In this document: in pieces, positions 55,688-64,000 of the stretch
Numbering within the stretch: position 1 is the first letter of the stretch
Layout of the letters: every line of letters starts with the position of its first letter
Source of the DNA: an uncultured Faecalibacterium sp.
Lineage (GTDB): Bacteria; Bacillota; Clostridia; Oscillospirales; Acutalibacteraceae
DNA length: 64,000 bases
Assembly: GCA_964448225.1 (NCBI GenBank)
Contig: CAYUVR010000001.1
Coordinates: 37,721 to 101,720, forward strand
Reading direction: 5' to 3'
Position numbers and translations under genes: made by a program
Notes under the pieces: generated by a model
The model's database searches: none
Told to the model about the DNA's origin: nothing
What the model saw: the letters and a program-made list of their open reading frames with translations, nothing else

Positions 55688-56598
55688 TGAACAGACTTAC
55701 CGTAGACGTCATCAACAATAATATCAACAAAAATCCGCTGAGTTTTGTTGCGGACTGTGAAAAAGCATACAGAGAAAAAATCACGCTTATCGCAAAGGAT
55801 GTTTCCGAAAAGAACGGCAGAGAACTGGTTATGCTGGCAGGCCCAAGCTCGTCGGGTAAGACAACTACGGCAAAAATGCTTAAAAGAGCAATTGAAAATG
55901 AGGGAAGAAAAGCCAAGGTTGTTTCCCTTGACGATTTCTACTGTGACCAGAATTTTGTTTATACCTTTGAAGACGGCACAACTGATTATGAAACCGTGAG
56001 AGCCTTGGACATTGAGCTTATAAATGAGTGCCTTTCCTCACTGATGAAAAACGGTAAGGCAGAAATACCGCATTTCAGTTTTCAAACAAAAAGAAGAGAA
56101 GGCTATGAAGAGATAAGCTGTGACAGGGATGAAATCATTATTGTCGAAGGCTTACACGCTCTTAATCCGCTGATTACTGACCCTCACAGGGCAGAAAGTA
56201 TGAAAAAACTTTATGTCAGCGTTTCTTCAAGAATATATGATGATGAAAATCAGCTTTTATCAAAGCGTGACCTTCGTTTTGTCCGCCGCCTAATCCGTGA
56301 TTATCATTTCAGGTCATCAGAGGTTGAATATACCTTCTATCTTTGGAAGGGTGTCAGAATGGGTGAGGACAGATATCTTTTCCCTTATAGCGGCAGGGCT
56401 GACATAAAAATTGACTCAATTCATCCTTATGAACCTTGTCTTTTCAAAAAAGAAGCTATGAAACTACTTGACCGAATAGGGCAGGATAGTATATACTACA
56501 CTTCGGCTGTTTCTTATAAAGAAAAACTCAGCCGCTTTGAAACTCTTGACGAAAGTGAAATTCCCGCCGATTCTCTTTTGAGAGAATTTATCGGCTGA
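55687..56598 (+). CDS. P-loop kinase of the uridine kinase/phosphoribulokinase family
   Basis: Walker A GPSSSGKTT. 303 aa. TAATG overlap with the preceding gene. Confidence 0.7.
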   Translation: MNRLTVDVINNNINKNPLSFVADCEKAYREKITLIAKDVSEKNGRELVMLAGPSSSGKTTTAKMLKRAIENEGRKAKVVSLDDFYCDQNFVYTFEDGTTDYETVRALDIELINECLSSLMKNGKAEIPHFSFQTKRREGYEEISCDRDEIIIVEGLHALNPLITDPHRAESMKKLYVSVSSRIYDDENQLLSKRDLRFVRRLIRDYHFRSSEVEYTFYLWKGVRMGEDRYLFPYSGRADIKIDSIHPYEPCLFKKEAMKLLDRIGQDSIYYTSAVSYKEKLSRFETLDESEIPADSLLREFIG

Positions 56599-56637
56599 AA
56601 TAATTATTATCGTAAAATATAAAAGGAGATGACTTTT

Positions 56638-58407
56638 GTGGCAGAAAGAAAAAAGCAATCCCTTCTTGCAGGTGCAGGTGTTCTTGCCATTGCAACAATT
56701 GTTGTGAAGCTTATCGGTGCAGTTTATAAAATACCCCTTGACAATCTTCTTGGCACGGTAGGCTACGGATATTTCAACGGAGCTTATGCGGTTTATACAC
56801 CGCTTTACGCTATTTCAATGGCAGGTCTTCCCGTTGCTGTTTCAAAGCTTGTTTCGCAGAATATGGAGCTTGGCAGAGTTAAGGATGCCAAGGCGATATT
56901 CAGAATAGCGCAGCAGATGTTTTTCATCGTCGGACTTGCAGGTATGCTCATTCTTATGGCAATTGCAGTGCCTTACTCAATTTATGTGGCAAAAGCTCCA
57001 ATGAATTATGTGAGTATTCTTGCTGTTGCTCCCTGCGTACTTTTTTGCTGTATGATGTCCTCTTTCAGAGGTTATTATGAGGGCCTTAATAATATGACTC
57101 CAACAGGCGTGTCTCAGGTTATCGAGGCGGCTGTCAAGCTTGTTTTCGGTCTTGCTGCAACTTATGCTTTCCTCAAGGTATCTTTGTCATATTATGAAAA
57201 TAACGCTGTTGACGGTGTTGCAACACTTTTCGGTGTGGAGGTCACAAATGAAGCGGAGGCACTCTCTGCAATTTATCCCTATTCGGCTGCCGTTGCAATT
57301 CTCGGTGTCACATTAGGCTCGGCAATCGCTCTTTTGTATCTTTACATCAGATACAAGAAAAAGGGCTTCGGCTTCACAAGGGAAGAGCTTGTCAATTCGC
57401 CCGAGGCTGAAAGTGACGAGAGCATCAGAAAAGCGCTTCTTGCAATTTCAATCCCCGTTGCACTCAGTTCACTTGTCACAAATATCAGTAACCTTATTGA
57501 CGACGCAACAATCAGAAGCCGTCTTGATTTGGCTCTCGAAAAGGGCTTTGATGTAATCACAAAAATGTATAGCGAATCCCTCGCTTATGAAAATACGCTT
57601 GATGAAGATATTGCCACCTTCATTTACGGTATGCATGGCTCGGTTATCAATGTCAAAAACCTTATTCCGTCTTTGACTCTTGTGCTGGGTGTCAGCGCAA
57701 TTCCCGTTCTTTCCAAGGCCTGGACCGCAAAAAATAAAAAGGATATCAAGGTTTGTATTGAGTCTGCACTCAGGGTTGCAATGCTCATTGCAATGCCGGC
57801 AGGTATTGGTATTGCCGTTCTCGCTGAGCCCATACTTGCACTTCTTTACGGCGGCAAAAATCCTTTCCTTCCTTCTGTAGCCGCACCGATGATGATTGTT
57901 TACGGTCTTGCACTTCCGCTGTTTGCCCTTGCATCACCGCTTACAAATATGCTTCAGGCAATCGGCAAAACAAAAGTGCCCATTGTCACAATGCTTATCG
58001 GCGGTGTGCTCAAGATTGTTATGAACTTCATTCTCATTGCAAATCCGCAAATCAACATCAAGGGTGCTTGCATCAGTTCAACGGTTTGCTATCTTGTTAT
58101 GATTGTAATAAACATCGTTCAGCTCACAAGTGCCACAAAGGTGAAGCTGAACTATGTTTCGGTTTTTCTCAAGCCGTTCATCGCTGCGCTTTTCTGCGGT
58201 GTCGGTGCTTGGGGTGCAAACTACCTTCTTGTTGATGTTCTTTCTGTTGAAAGCCGCCTTACAACCATTGTTGCAGTCGGTGTGGGAGCAGTTTTCTATG
58301 CAATTGCCATTGTTTTGGTCAAAGGAATTGCAAAAGATGACCTTGAAATGATACCAAAAGGTGAAAAAATCGCAAAAGTCCTTGCAAAATTCGGATTATT
58401 AGGGTAA
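56638..58407 (+). CDS. MOP-superfamily flippase, SpoVB/YabM-like
   Basis: About 14 TM segments, located upstream of mazG as yabM is in Bacillus. GTG 56638 lies 9 nt after GGAG. The ATG at 56629 abuts the SD and is unlikely. Confidence 0.8.
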   Translation: MAERKKQSLLAGAGVLAIATIVVKLIGAVYKIPLDNLLGTVGYGYFNGAYAVYTPLYAISMAGLPVAVSKLVSQNMELGRVKDAKAIFRIAQQMFFIVGLAGMLILMAIAVPYSIYVAKAPMNYVSILAVAPCVLFCCMMSSFRGYYEGLNNMTPTGVSQVIEAAVKLVFGLAATYAFLKVSLSYYENNAVDGVATLFGVEVTNEAEALSAIYPYSAAVAILGVTLGSAIALLYLYIRYKKKGFGFTREELVNSPEAESDESIRKALLAISIPVALSSLVTNISNLIDDATIRSRLDLALEKGFDVITKMYSESLAYENTLDEDIATFIYGMHGSVINVKNLIPSLTLVLGVSAIPVLSKAWTAKNKKDIKVCIESALRVAMLIAMPAGIGIAVLAEPILALLYGGKNPFLPSVAAPMMIVYGLALPLFALASPLTNMLQAIGKTKVPIVTMLIGGVLKIVMNFILIANPQINIKGACISSTVCYLVMIVINIVQLTSATKVKLNYVSVFLKPFIAALFCGVGAWGANYLLVDVLSVESRLTTIVAVGVGAVFYAIAIVLVKGIAKDDLEMIPKGEKIAKVLAKFGLLG

Positions 58408-58431
58408 AATAGGAAAAGCTGAGGTTTTACT

Positions 58432-59238
58432 ATGACAGAGTTTAATTTTAAAGAAAAATACAATATTGATGACTTGCTTCAGATTATGACGATCCTCCGT
58501 TCTCCGGGCGGATGCCCTTGGGACAGAGAGCAGACTCATAAAAGCATCAAAAAGGATTTCATTGAAGAAACCTATGAAGCTATTGAAGCAATCAATAAGG
58601 ATGATAAGGAACTTCTCAAGGAAGAACTTGGCGATGTGCTTTTGCAGGTGGTTTTTCATTGTGAAATTGAAAGGGAAGCTAATTGCTTTGACTTCTCAGA
58701 TATCACCGACGGACTTTGCAAAAAGCTTATTGAACGCCATCCTCACGTTTTCGGTGAAGTCAGGGTGTCAGGTACAGATGAAGTTCTGACCAACTGGGAT
58801 GACATCAAGCGTAAAAGCAAGGGACAGAAAACACAGGGCAGTTCAATGCTTAAAGTGCCGAAAGAGCTTCCTGCACTTATGAGAAGTCAGAAAATTCAGT
58901 CCAAGGCAAAAAAGGCAGGCTTTGACTGGGATGATATGTCAGGTGCTTTTGATGCGCTTGAAAGTGAAATCAAGGAGCTTAAAGAAGCTATCAGCAAAAA
59001 GGATGCCGATTCCATTGAAGACGAATTCGGTGATGTGCTTTTCTCTTGTGTCAATGTTGCAAGATTTATCGGCGTTGATTCGGAAGAAGCTCTTACCCGT
59101 TCAAACGAAAAATTCATCTCTCGTTTTGTTGAGGTTGAAAAACTCGCAGAAGAAAGAGAAATCAATATGAAGGAAACTCCCATTGATGAACTCGACGAGC
59201 TTTGGAAAGAGGCAAAAACTAATTTGGAATCCAATTGA
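58432..59238 (+). CDS. mazG: Nucleoside triphosphate pyrophosphohydrolase MazG (YabN-like)
   Basis: Two MazG EExxE-type repeats (EETYEAIEAI...EELGDVLLQV and ELKEAI...DEFGDVLF). Confidence 0.9.
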   Translation: MTEFNFKEKYNIDDLLQIMTILRSPGGCPWDREQTHKSIKKDFIEETYEAIEAINKDDKELLKEELGDVLLQVVFHCEIEREANCFDFSDITDGLCKKLIERHPHVFGEVRVSGTDEVLTNWDDIKRKSKGQKTQGSSMLKVPKELPALMRSQKIQSKAKKAGFDWDDMSGAFDALESEIKELKEAISKKDADSIEDEFGDVLFSCVNVARFIGVDSEEALTRSNEKFISRFVEVEKLAEEREINMKETPIDELDELWKEAKTNLESN

Positions 59239-59283
59239 GATGTTAAATCTCATGGAAAATATAATCTCACGGAGGATACAAAA

Positions 59284-59556
59284 ATGAATAAAACAGAACT
59301 CATCAGTGCTGTTGCAGCTAAGGCTGAAATCTCAAAGAAGGATGCTGATAAGGCAGTTTCAGCAGTTCTTGCATCAATCGAAGAAGCTCTTGTAAAGGGT
59401 GAAAAGGTACAGCTCATCGGCTTCGGTACATTCGAAGTTAAGGAAAGAGCAGCAAGAACAGGTCACAACCCCAAGACAGGCGCAGCTATCGAAATCGCTG
59501 CAGCTAAGGTTCCCGGCTTCAAGGCTGGCGCAGCTCTCAAGAACGCTGTAAAATAA
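59284..59556 (+). CDS. hup: DNA-binding protein HU
   Basis: 90 aa. [11 protein letters not shown] start and the arm [12 protein letters not shown]. Confidence 0.95.
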   Translation: MNKTELISAVAAKAEISKKDADKAVSAVLASIEEALVKGEKVQLIGFGTFEVKERAARTGHNPKTGAAIEIAAAKVPGFKAGAALKNAVK

Positions 59557-59570
59557 TTTTAGCTAAGAAA

Positions 59571-59602
59571 AAAGGGACTGTCATCAAACGACAGTCCTTT
59601 TT
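59571..59602 (+). terminator. Intrinsic terminator after hup
   Basis: GGACUGUC/GACAGUCC stem extended by A/U pairs, followed by T5. Confidence 0.8.
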
Positions 59603-59671
59603 GCTTAGGGTGACAGTTGTCTGACCCGTTAAACTTCGGCGAAACAATACTCGCCAACTTAAGGAGTAACT

Positions 59672-59914
59672 ATGCGACTTGACAAATATCTCAAGGTATC
59701 CCGACTTATCAAACGCAGAACAATTGCCAATGAGGTTTGCGATGCAAAGCACGTCACCGTCAACGGCAAAATTGCAAGAGCATCTTATGATGTGAAAGTG
59801 GGGGACATAATCGAAATTCAGATGGGAGAAAACCTCCTCAAGGCTGAAGTGCTCATCGTTACGGAACACGCAACAAAGAACGATGCAGGACTGATGTATA
59901 AGATAATTAAATAA
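59672..59914 (+). CDS. S4-domain RNA-binding protein (YabO/Hsp15-like)
   Basis: 80 aa. MRLDKYLKVSRLIKRRT is the S4 signature. Position matches yabO. Confidence 0.85.
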   Translation: MRLDKYLKVSRLIKRRTIANEVCDAKHVTVNGKIARASYDVKVGDIIEIQMGENLLKAEVLIVTEHATKNDAGLMYKIIK

Positions 59915-59961
59915 CATAAATTGCCTTCCCGAAGAATACAATAAGTCGGGGAGGTTTTTTT

Positions 59962-60243
59962 ATGGCAGAAAACAAAGATAAGATTATTTTACCTCACAAT
60001 CTGATTCTCAAGGACAGAAGTACGCTCACGGTCACAGGTGTTACTGATGTTGACTCTTTTGACGAAATGACCATTGTTGCTTACACGGATATCGGGGAGC
60101 TGACAATCAAGGGGGAAGAACTGAAAATCAACAAGCTCAGCACTGAAAGCGGTGAACTGCTTGTGGAAGGAAACATATCTTCTTTGACTTACCTTGATCA
60201 GGCTCCAAAAAGCACATCATTTTTCTCAAAGGTGTTCCGATGA
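59962..60243 (+). CDS. yabP: Sporulation protein YabP
   Basis: 93 aa. LILKDRSTLTVTGVTDVDSFDE is typical of YabP. Confidence 0.85.
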   Translation: MAENKDKIILPHNLILKDRSTLTVTGVTDVDSFDEMTIVAYTDIGELTIKGEELKINKLSTESGELLVEGNISSLTYLDQAPKSTSFFSKVFR

Positions 60244-60758
60244 TATATTCTGAGCCTTTATTTAATCAGATAAGCCGTTTTGTTTCAAGCATAGGCTTCG
60301 GCTTTGTGATTTGCGTTCTTTATGTTGTGTTGGTTGTTTTACGTTCAGTAATAAGTGACAAAAGATGGGCAATCATAACGCAGGATATAGTTTTCGGTGT
60401 TCTCACAACAGTACTTTCTTTTTTCTTTATGGTGCTTTATAACAACGGTGAAGTCAGATGGAATCTTGTTTTTGGCGAAGTTCTTGGCGGCGGAGTTCTG
60501 TATTATACTTGCGGAAGACACATTCTGAATTTTATGAAAAAGCCTGCAAAGCTTTTAAGGCACCTTGTCTCACTTTCGCTCACACCGCTGAAACTCTATC
60601 TTAATGCATTTCCGAAGTTTTTTAAAAGCGTATTTTTTAAATTAAGAACCGCTTTAAAAAACAAAGATACCGTGAAAAAGAGAAAAAAGAAGAAAGAAAA
60701 CAGCAAAGAAAACAAAAAAGTTTTCAATAAGCTAAATTTATTGCACAAATCCTCTTGA
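60240..60758 (+). CDS. yabQ: Spore cortex biosynthesis protein YabQ
   Basis: Small polytopic membrane protein overlapping yabP by 4 nt, with a Lys-rich tail. Confidence 0.75.
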   Translation: MIYSEPLFNQISRFVSSIGFGFVICVLYVVLVVLRSVISDKRWAIITQDIVFGVLTTVLSFFFMVLYNNGEVRWNLVFGEVLGGGVLYYTCGRHILNFMKKPAKLLRHLVSLSLTPLKLYLNAFPKFFKSVFFKLRTALKNKDTVKKRKKKKENSKENKKVFNKLNLLHKSS

Positions 60759-60820
60759 AAAATCAAAACAAATCTGTATAATTAGATGTGTATAATTGTT
60801 TGATTTTCGAGGTGATAGGT

Positions 60821-61159
60821 TTGGCAGTTAAAGACTTCAATGAAGCTAAGCAAAAACAGCAGCAGGAAAAAAAGAAGTTTTCTTTTCACAAAACTCAAAT
60901 TGTAATTTTTGCTGCTATTGTTATTCTGTTCAGCATCACTGTTCTTGCCTGTATAATTCCGAATTATACTGCCGCTGCCAAATATAACGAAGAAGCAGCA
61001 AAGATTCAAAATGAAATCTCTGTTCTTAATGAAGAAAGTGCAGAAATTACAAACGACCTTGAAAATCAGGATGAATTATTTGAAAAAATTGCCAGAGAAG
61101 AATATGGCTATTGTAAACCGGGTGAAAAGGTGTTTTACAACTCATCATTCGGTGAATAA
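60821..61159 (+). CDS. divIC: Septum formation initiator (FtsB/DivIC family)
   Basis: TM helix, coiled coil and C-terminal KIAREEYGYCKPGEKVF block. TTG 60821 lies 5 nt after GAGGTGA. The ATG at 60788 lies in a TATAAT box. Confidence 0.75.
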   Translation: MAVKDFNEAKQKQQQEKKKFSFHKTQIVIFAAIVILFSITVLACIIPNYTAAAKYNEEAAKIQNEISVLNEESAEITNDLENQDELFEKIAREEYGYCKPGEKVFYNSSFGE

Positions 61160-61183
61160 CTTTTAGGAGGACAACATCTTTTT

Positions 61184-61645
61184 ATGCTAGAAATCGGCAC
61201 TATCGTTGAAGGTAAAATAACAGGACTCACAGCTTTCGGAGCTTTTGTCAGTCTCCCTGACGGAAAGAGTGGTATGGTACATATTTCCGAGGTTTCCAAC
61301 TCTTTTGTCAAGGATATCAAGGAGTTCCTGAAGGAAGGGGACACCGTTAAGGTTAAGGTTGTTAACATCACCGAAGAAGGTAAAATCAGCCTTTCAATCA
61401 GAAAAGCAGAAGAAAATCAACAGCGTGAATCCCAACCTAAGAAAGGTCAAAGACCGCCGAGAAACGACAGACCGAGGAATGCCAATGTCTGGCAGGGACA
61501 ACAAAAAGGACAAAAGGAAGCATTGTCCTTTGAAGAAATGATGGCGCAGTTCAAACAGGCAAGTGACGAAAAAATGTCTGATCTCAAGCGTTCAACCGAC
61601 GGCAGACACGGCGGAAACCGTCGTGGCGGTGGAAGGAATAACTGA
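61184..61645 (+). CDS. S1-domain RNA-binding protein (YabR-like) with a basic C-terminal tail
   Basis: S1 fold block GKITGLTAFGAFVSLPDGKSGMVHISE, then an Arg/Gly/Lys-rich tail. Confidence 0.85.
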   Translation: MLEIGTIVEGKITGLTAFGAFVSLPDGKSGMVHISEVSNSFVKDIKEFLKEGDTVKVKVVNITEEGKISLSIRKAEENQQRESQPKKGQRPPRNDRPRNANVWQGQQKGQKEALSFEEMMAQFKQASDEKMSDLKRSTDGRHGGNRRGGGRNN

Positions 61646-61664
61646 TTAAAAGCATAAGTAATAA

Positions 61665-61699
61665 GACGGTATAGCGATAGCTGTGCCGTTTTTGTTTTT
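61665..61699 (+). terminator. Intrinsic terminator after the yab cluster
   Basis: 10-bp stem ACGGUAUAGC-GAUA-GCUGUGCCGU followed by TTTTGTTTTTT. Confidence 0.8.
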
Positions 61700-61785
61700 T
61701 GTCTGAATTTCCGGAATCTTTTTAAAAAGCATTTACAAATCTCTTTTTATCTGTTACTATAAAAAATATAAAAAACGAAAACTAA

Positions 61786-61886
61786 TATTGCACCACGGTC
61801 AGGGAAATTCGGGTGAGAATCTCGGGCAACCGCCATTACCGTAATCAGCTAAGTGCTGTTAAGTCGGAATACCTGTGTGATGCAGT
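61786..61886 (+). promoter_or_regulatory. Cobalamin riboswitch aptamer
   Basis: GGTCAGGGAAATTCGGGTGAGAATCTCGGGCAACCGCCATTACCGTAA core and B12 box AAGTCGGAATACCTGTG. P1 pairs 61789-61796 with 61877-61884. Confidence 0.85.
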
Positions 61887-61963
61887 CAGAACTTCGCTTT
61901 TGGGCAAGAGGGAAAGCGTATGACAATGTGAAAGCCGGTATTCAGGCTTACTTTGGCATTATC

Positions 61964-61999
61964 ACGCCCTTTTCTCAAAAGAAAGGGTGTTTTCTTTTT
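61964..61999 (+). terminator. Riboswitch expression-platform terminator
   Basis: 10-bp stem ACGCCCUUUU/GAAAGGGUGU followed by TTTCTTTTT. Confidence 0.7.
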
Positions 62000-62064
62000 G
62001 CAATTTATTCTGAAGAAATATTTGCAGATAAATGTCGGAATTCAGTCAAAAAGGAGGATGAAAA

Positions 62065-62949
62065 ATGAAACTCGGTTTTAAAAGTGTACACCCTGTTTCG
62101 GCTTTTATTTTTTTTGTTTTCGCTTTCTTTTTCTGTTTGACTGCCGAACACCCGATGACTCTGGCTGTCAGCTTTGTTTGCGGCACAGTATATGATTTGA
62201 AGCTTCAAAAAAAGAAGACGCTTTCATTCCTTTTCAAGTTTATTTTGCCCCTTATGCTTCTTGTGACGCTGTTCAACGGTCTTTTCAGCTATTACGGAGC
62301 AACGGTATTATTCACAATAAACAGCGAAAATTACTTTACCCGTGAACCTCTTATTTACGGATTTGTTTCAGCAGTCAGAATTTCTGCAATGCTGTTGTGG
62401 CTTGACTGCTTCAACGAAGTTATTTCAAACGACAAATTTATCTTTCTTTTCGGAGGAATTTCGCCAAGGCTTGCTTTGATTATATCAATGGTACTGCGGT
62501 TTATTCCGCTTATCAGAACGCAGTCAGCCGAAATTTCAAAGGCAGAAAAAGGTATCGGTAACTCTGTTTCTTCAAGCCGTTTTACCGATAAAATACGAAA
62601 AGCCTCAAGACGGCTTTCAATTCTTGTTTCCCGGACACTCGAAAAGGGGATTGACACGTCGGACTCAATGCGCGCAAGAGGATACGGTCTTCACGGCAGA
62701 ACGTCATATAACAGCTATGTCTATTCAAAAAAAGATTTGGCTATAACATTTTTCTCAATCGGAGCAATTATTTTGACTTTTCTTTCAGACGAAAAGTTTT
62801 CTGCATCCTATAACCCGATTGTTGATATTTATGTTCCCGATATGGTTTCGGTCTTTTTAATCATTTTCTTTGCGGCAATACTTCTGATGCCGACTGCTTT
62901 AGATTTAAGGGAGGAAAAAAGATGGTCAATTTCAAAATCAACAATTTAA
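62065..62949 (+). CDS. ECF transporter transmembrane (T) component, CbiQ/EcfT family
   Basis: 294-aa polytopic protein. Conserved Arg-containing coupling helices (RFIPLIRTQSAEISKAEKGIG...RARGY). Downstream of the B12 riboswitch. Confidence 0.8.
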   Translation: MKLGFKSVHPVSAFIFFVFAFFFCLTAEHPMTLAVSFVCGTVYDLKLQKKKTLSFLFKFILPLMLLVTLFNGLFSYYGATVLFTINSENYFTREPLIYGFVSAVRISAMLLWLDCFNEVISNDKFIFLFGGISPRLALIISMVLRFIPLIRTQSAEISKAEKGIGNSVSSSRFTDKIRKASRRLSILVSRTLEKGIDTSDSMRARGYGLHGRTSYNSYVYSKKDLAITFFSIGAIILTFLSDEKFSASYNPIVDIYVPDMVSVFLIIFFAAILLMPTALDLREEKRWSISKSTI

Positions 62950-64000
62950 CTTTTTTCTATCCCTATGAAAAAAGTCCCGCACTAAAGGATATAAGCTTAG
63001 AAATAGAGCAGGGAGAATTTGTTGTCATTTGCGGTGAATCCGGCAGCGGAAAATCAACACTTCTTCGTATGCTGAAACCTGAGCTTACACCCAAGGGAAA
63101 AAAGGAAGGACAACTCTGTCTTTTCGGAAAAGACGCTTTAACGCAAAGAGAGTCGGCAGAAAAAATCGGCTTTCTGCTTCAGAATACGGAGTATCAGACG
63201 GTGACTCACACTGTCCGTTCAGAACTTGCCTTCGGTCTTGAAAATCTGGGCTTAGACAGCAAAATTATCCGACTGCGTATTGCTGAGCTTTGTGCATATT
63301 TTTCACTTGAAACTATCATAGATAAAAAAATCAGTGAGCTTTCGGGAGGACAAAAACAGCTTCTCTGTCTTGCAAGCATCGTCGCAATGCATCCCAAGGT
63401 CATTATTCTCGATGAGCCCACATCTCAGCTTGACCCAATGACGGCACAGACATTTCTGGACTCAGCGCAAAGACTCTGCCGTGAAAATGGTATAACGATA
63501 ATCATCACAGAGCATCGTCTTGAAAGTGTTATCCCTGCAGCGGACAGGGTAATTGTTATGGAAAAGGGTACTGTCATTGCCGATTGCAAGGTTCGGGAAA
63601 TTCCGAAAGAACTCTTTTCAAACAATGACTTTGTCAAAAAATCTATGCCTGTACCGATGAGAATTTGCTCTGCTTTAGATCTTGACACAAAAATGTCTCT
63701 CAGCGTTGCCGAAGGCCACAGAATGTTAGAGAAGGTACTCGAAAACAAATTGATGCACACTGTTCCGGAAAGAGAAGAAAAAACTGTGTCTGATGAAATT
63801 GCACTCGAAATGAAGGATGTGTGGTATGCCTATGACACAAGCGGATATGTGCTGAAAAATCTCAGCCTGAAAGTCAGAAAGGGCTCTTTCTTTGCCATTA
63901 TGGGTGCCAATGCCGTCGGCAAAACAACTGCTCTTTCTCTTATGAGTGGCATCCTCGAGTGTAAGTCGGGAAAAATAAGCCTGTTCGGAAAGAACATAAA
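62922..64000 (+). CDS. ECF transporter ATPase, fused double NBD (CbiO/EcfA-EcfA'), 3' end outside the window
   Basis: ATG 62922 after AAGGGAGGA. Walker A GESGSGKST, LSGGQKQ, ILDEPTS. A second NBD starts near 63800 (GANAVGKTT). Not in the ORF track because no stop lies in the window. Confidence 0.85.
   Translation, partial: MVNFKINNLTFFYPYEKSPALKDISLEIEQGEFVVICGESGSGKSTLLRMLKPELTPKGKKEGQLCLFGKDALTQRESAEKIGFLLQNTEYQTVTHTVRSELAFGLENLGLDSKIIRLRIAELCAYFSLETIIDKKISELSGGQKQLLCLASIVAMHPKVIILDEPTSQLDPMTAQTFLDSAQRLCRENGITIIITEHRLESVIPAADRVIVMEKGTVIADCKVREIPKELFSNNDFVKKSMPVPMRICSALDLDTKMSLSVAEGHRMLEKVLENKLMHTVPEREEKTVSDEIALEMKDVWYAYDTSGYVLKNLSLKVRKGSFFAIMGANAVGKTTALSLMSGILECKSGKISLFGKNI

Overview
All calls below were made by eye from the sequence and the ORF track; no searches were run, and family names come from recognised motifs. 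The window looks like a 64-kb chromosomal segment of a moderate-GC Firmicute of the class Clostridia. Gene content resembles Oscillospiraceae/Ruminococcaceae, but that placement is inference only.

Most of the roughly 60 protein genes are housekeeping:
- Cell envelope and transport: ruvX, a hexapeptide transferase plus glmM, queT, an MFS transporter, an AI-2E transporter and putP.
- Carbon metabolism: glpK, an Ldh_2-family dehydrogenase and a malic enzyme.
- Nucleoside uptake: an ABC operon (ATPase, two permeases) ending in pdp.
- Stress, wall and translation: a BlaI/BlaR1-like pair, groES-groEL, a class B PBP, alaS, a HIT protein and potABCD.
- DNA and stringent response: recQ, recJ, relA, dtd, an MBL hydrolase, a HemZ-like radical SAM protein and a uridine-kinase-like protein.
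- The conserved yabM-mazG-hup-yabO-yabP-yabQ-divIC-yabR sporulation/division cluster.
- A cobalamin-riboswitch-controlled ECF transporter that runs off the window end.

Cis-regulatory elements I can support: a perfect CIRCE operator upstream of groES, a T-box leader before alaS, a cobalamin riboswitch, a probable preQ1-type leader before queT, dyad operators at the blaI promoter, and many intrinsic terminators. I saw no rRNA, tRNA, CRISPR array, transposase or integrase.

The most unusual region is an AT-rich islet at about 32.1-35.4 kb:
- It carries an XRE regulator divergent from a zinc-ribbon gene and two membrane-anchored proteins I cannot place in any family.
- After these comes a stand-alone consensus promoter driving a roughly 650-nt ORF-free, purine-rich, hairpin-dense stretch that ends at strong terminators. 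This is a candidate large ncRNA.

Other points worth a second look:
- A near-identical 35-nt palindromic terminator repeat at two distant loci.
- A split half-size TSUP transporter pair.
- A sigma-70 region-2 remnant joined out of frame to a second ORF at an A6 tract.
- An orphan E2-type acyltransferase catalytic domain.
- An HxxxD acyltransferase paired with a zinc-ribbon membrane protein.
- A long structured potA leader with tandem repeats upstream.
- A nucleoside ABC operon that lacks a binding-protein gene.
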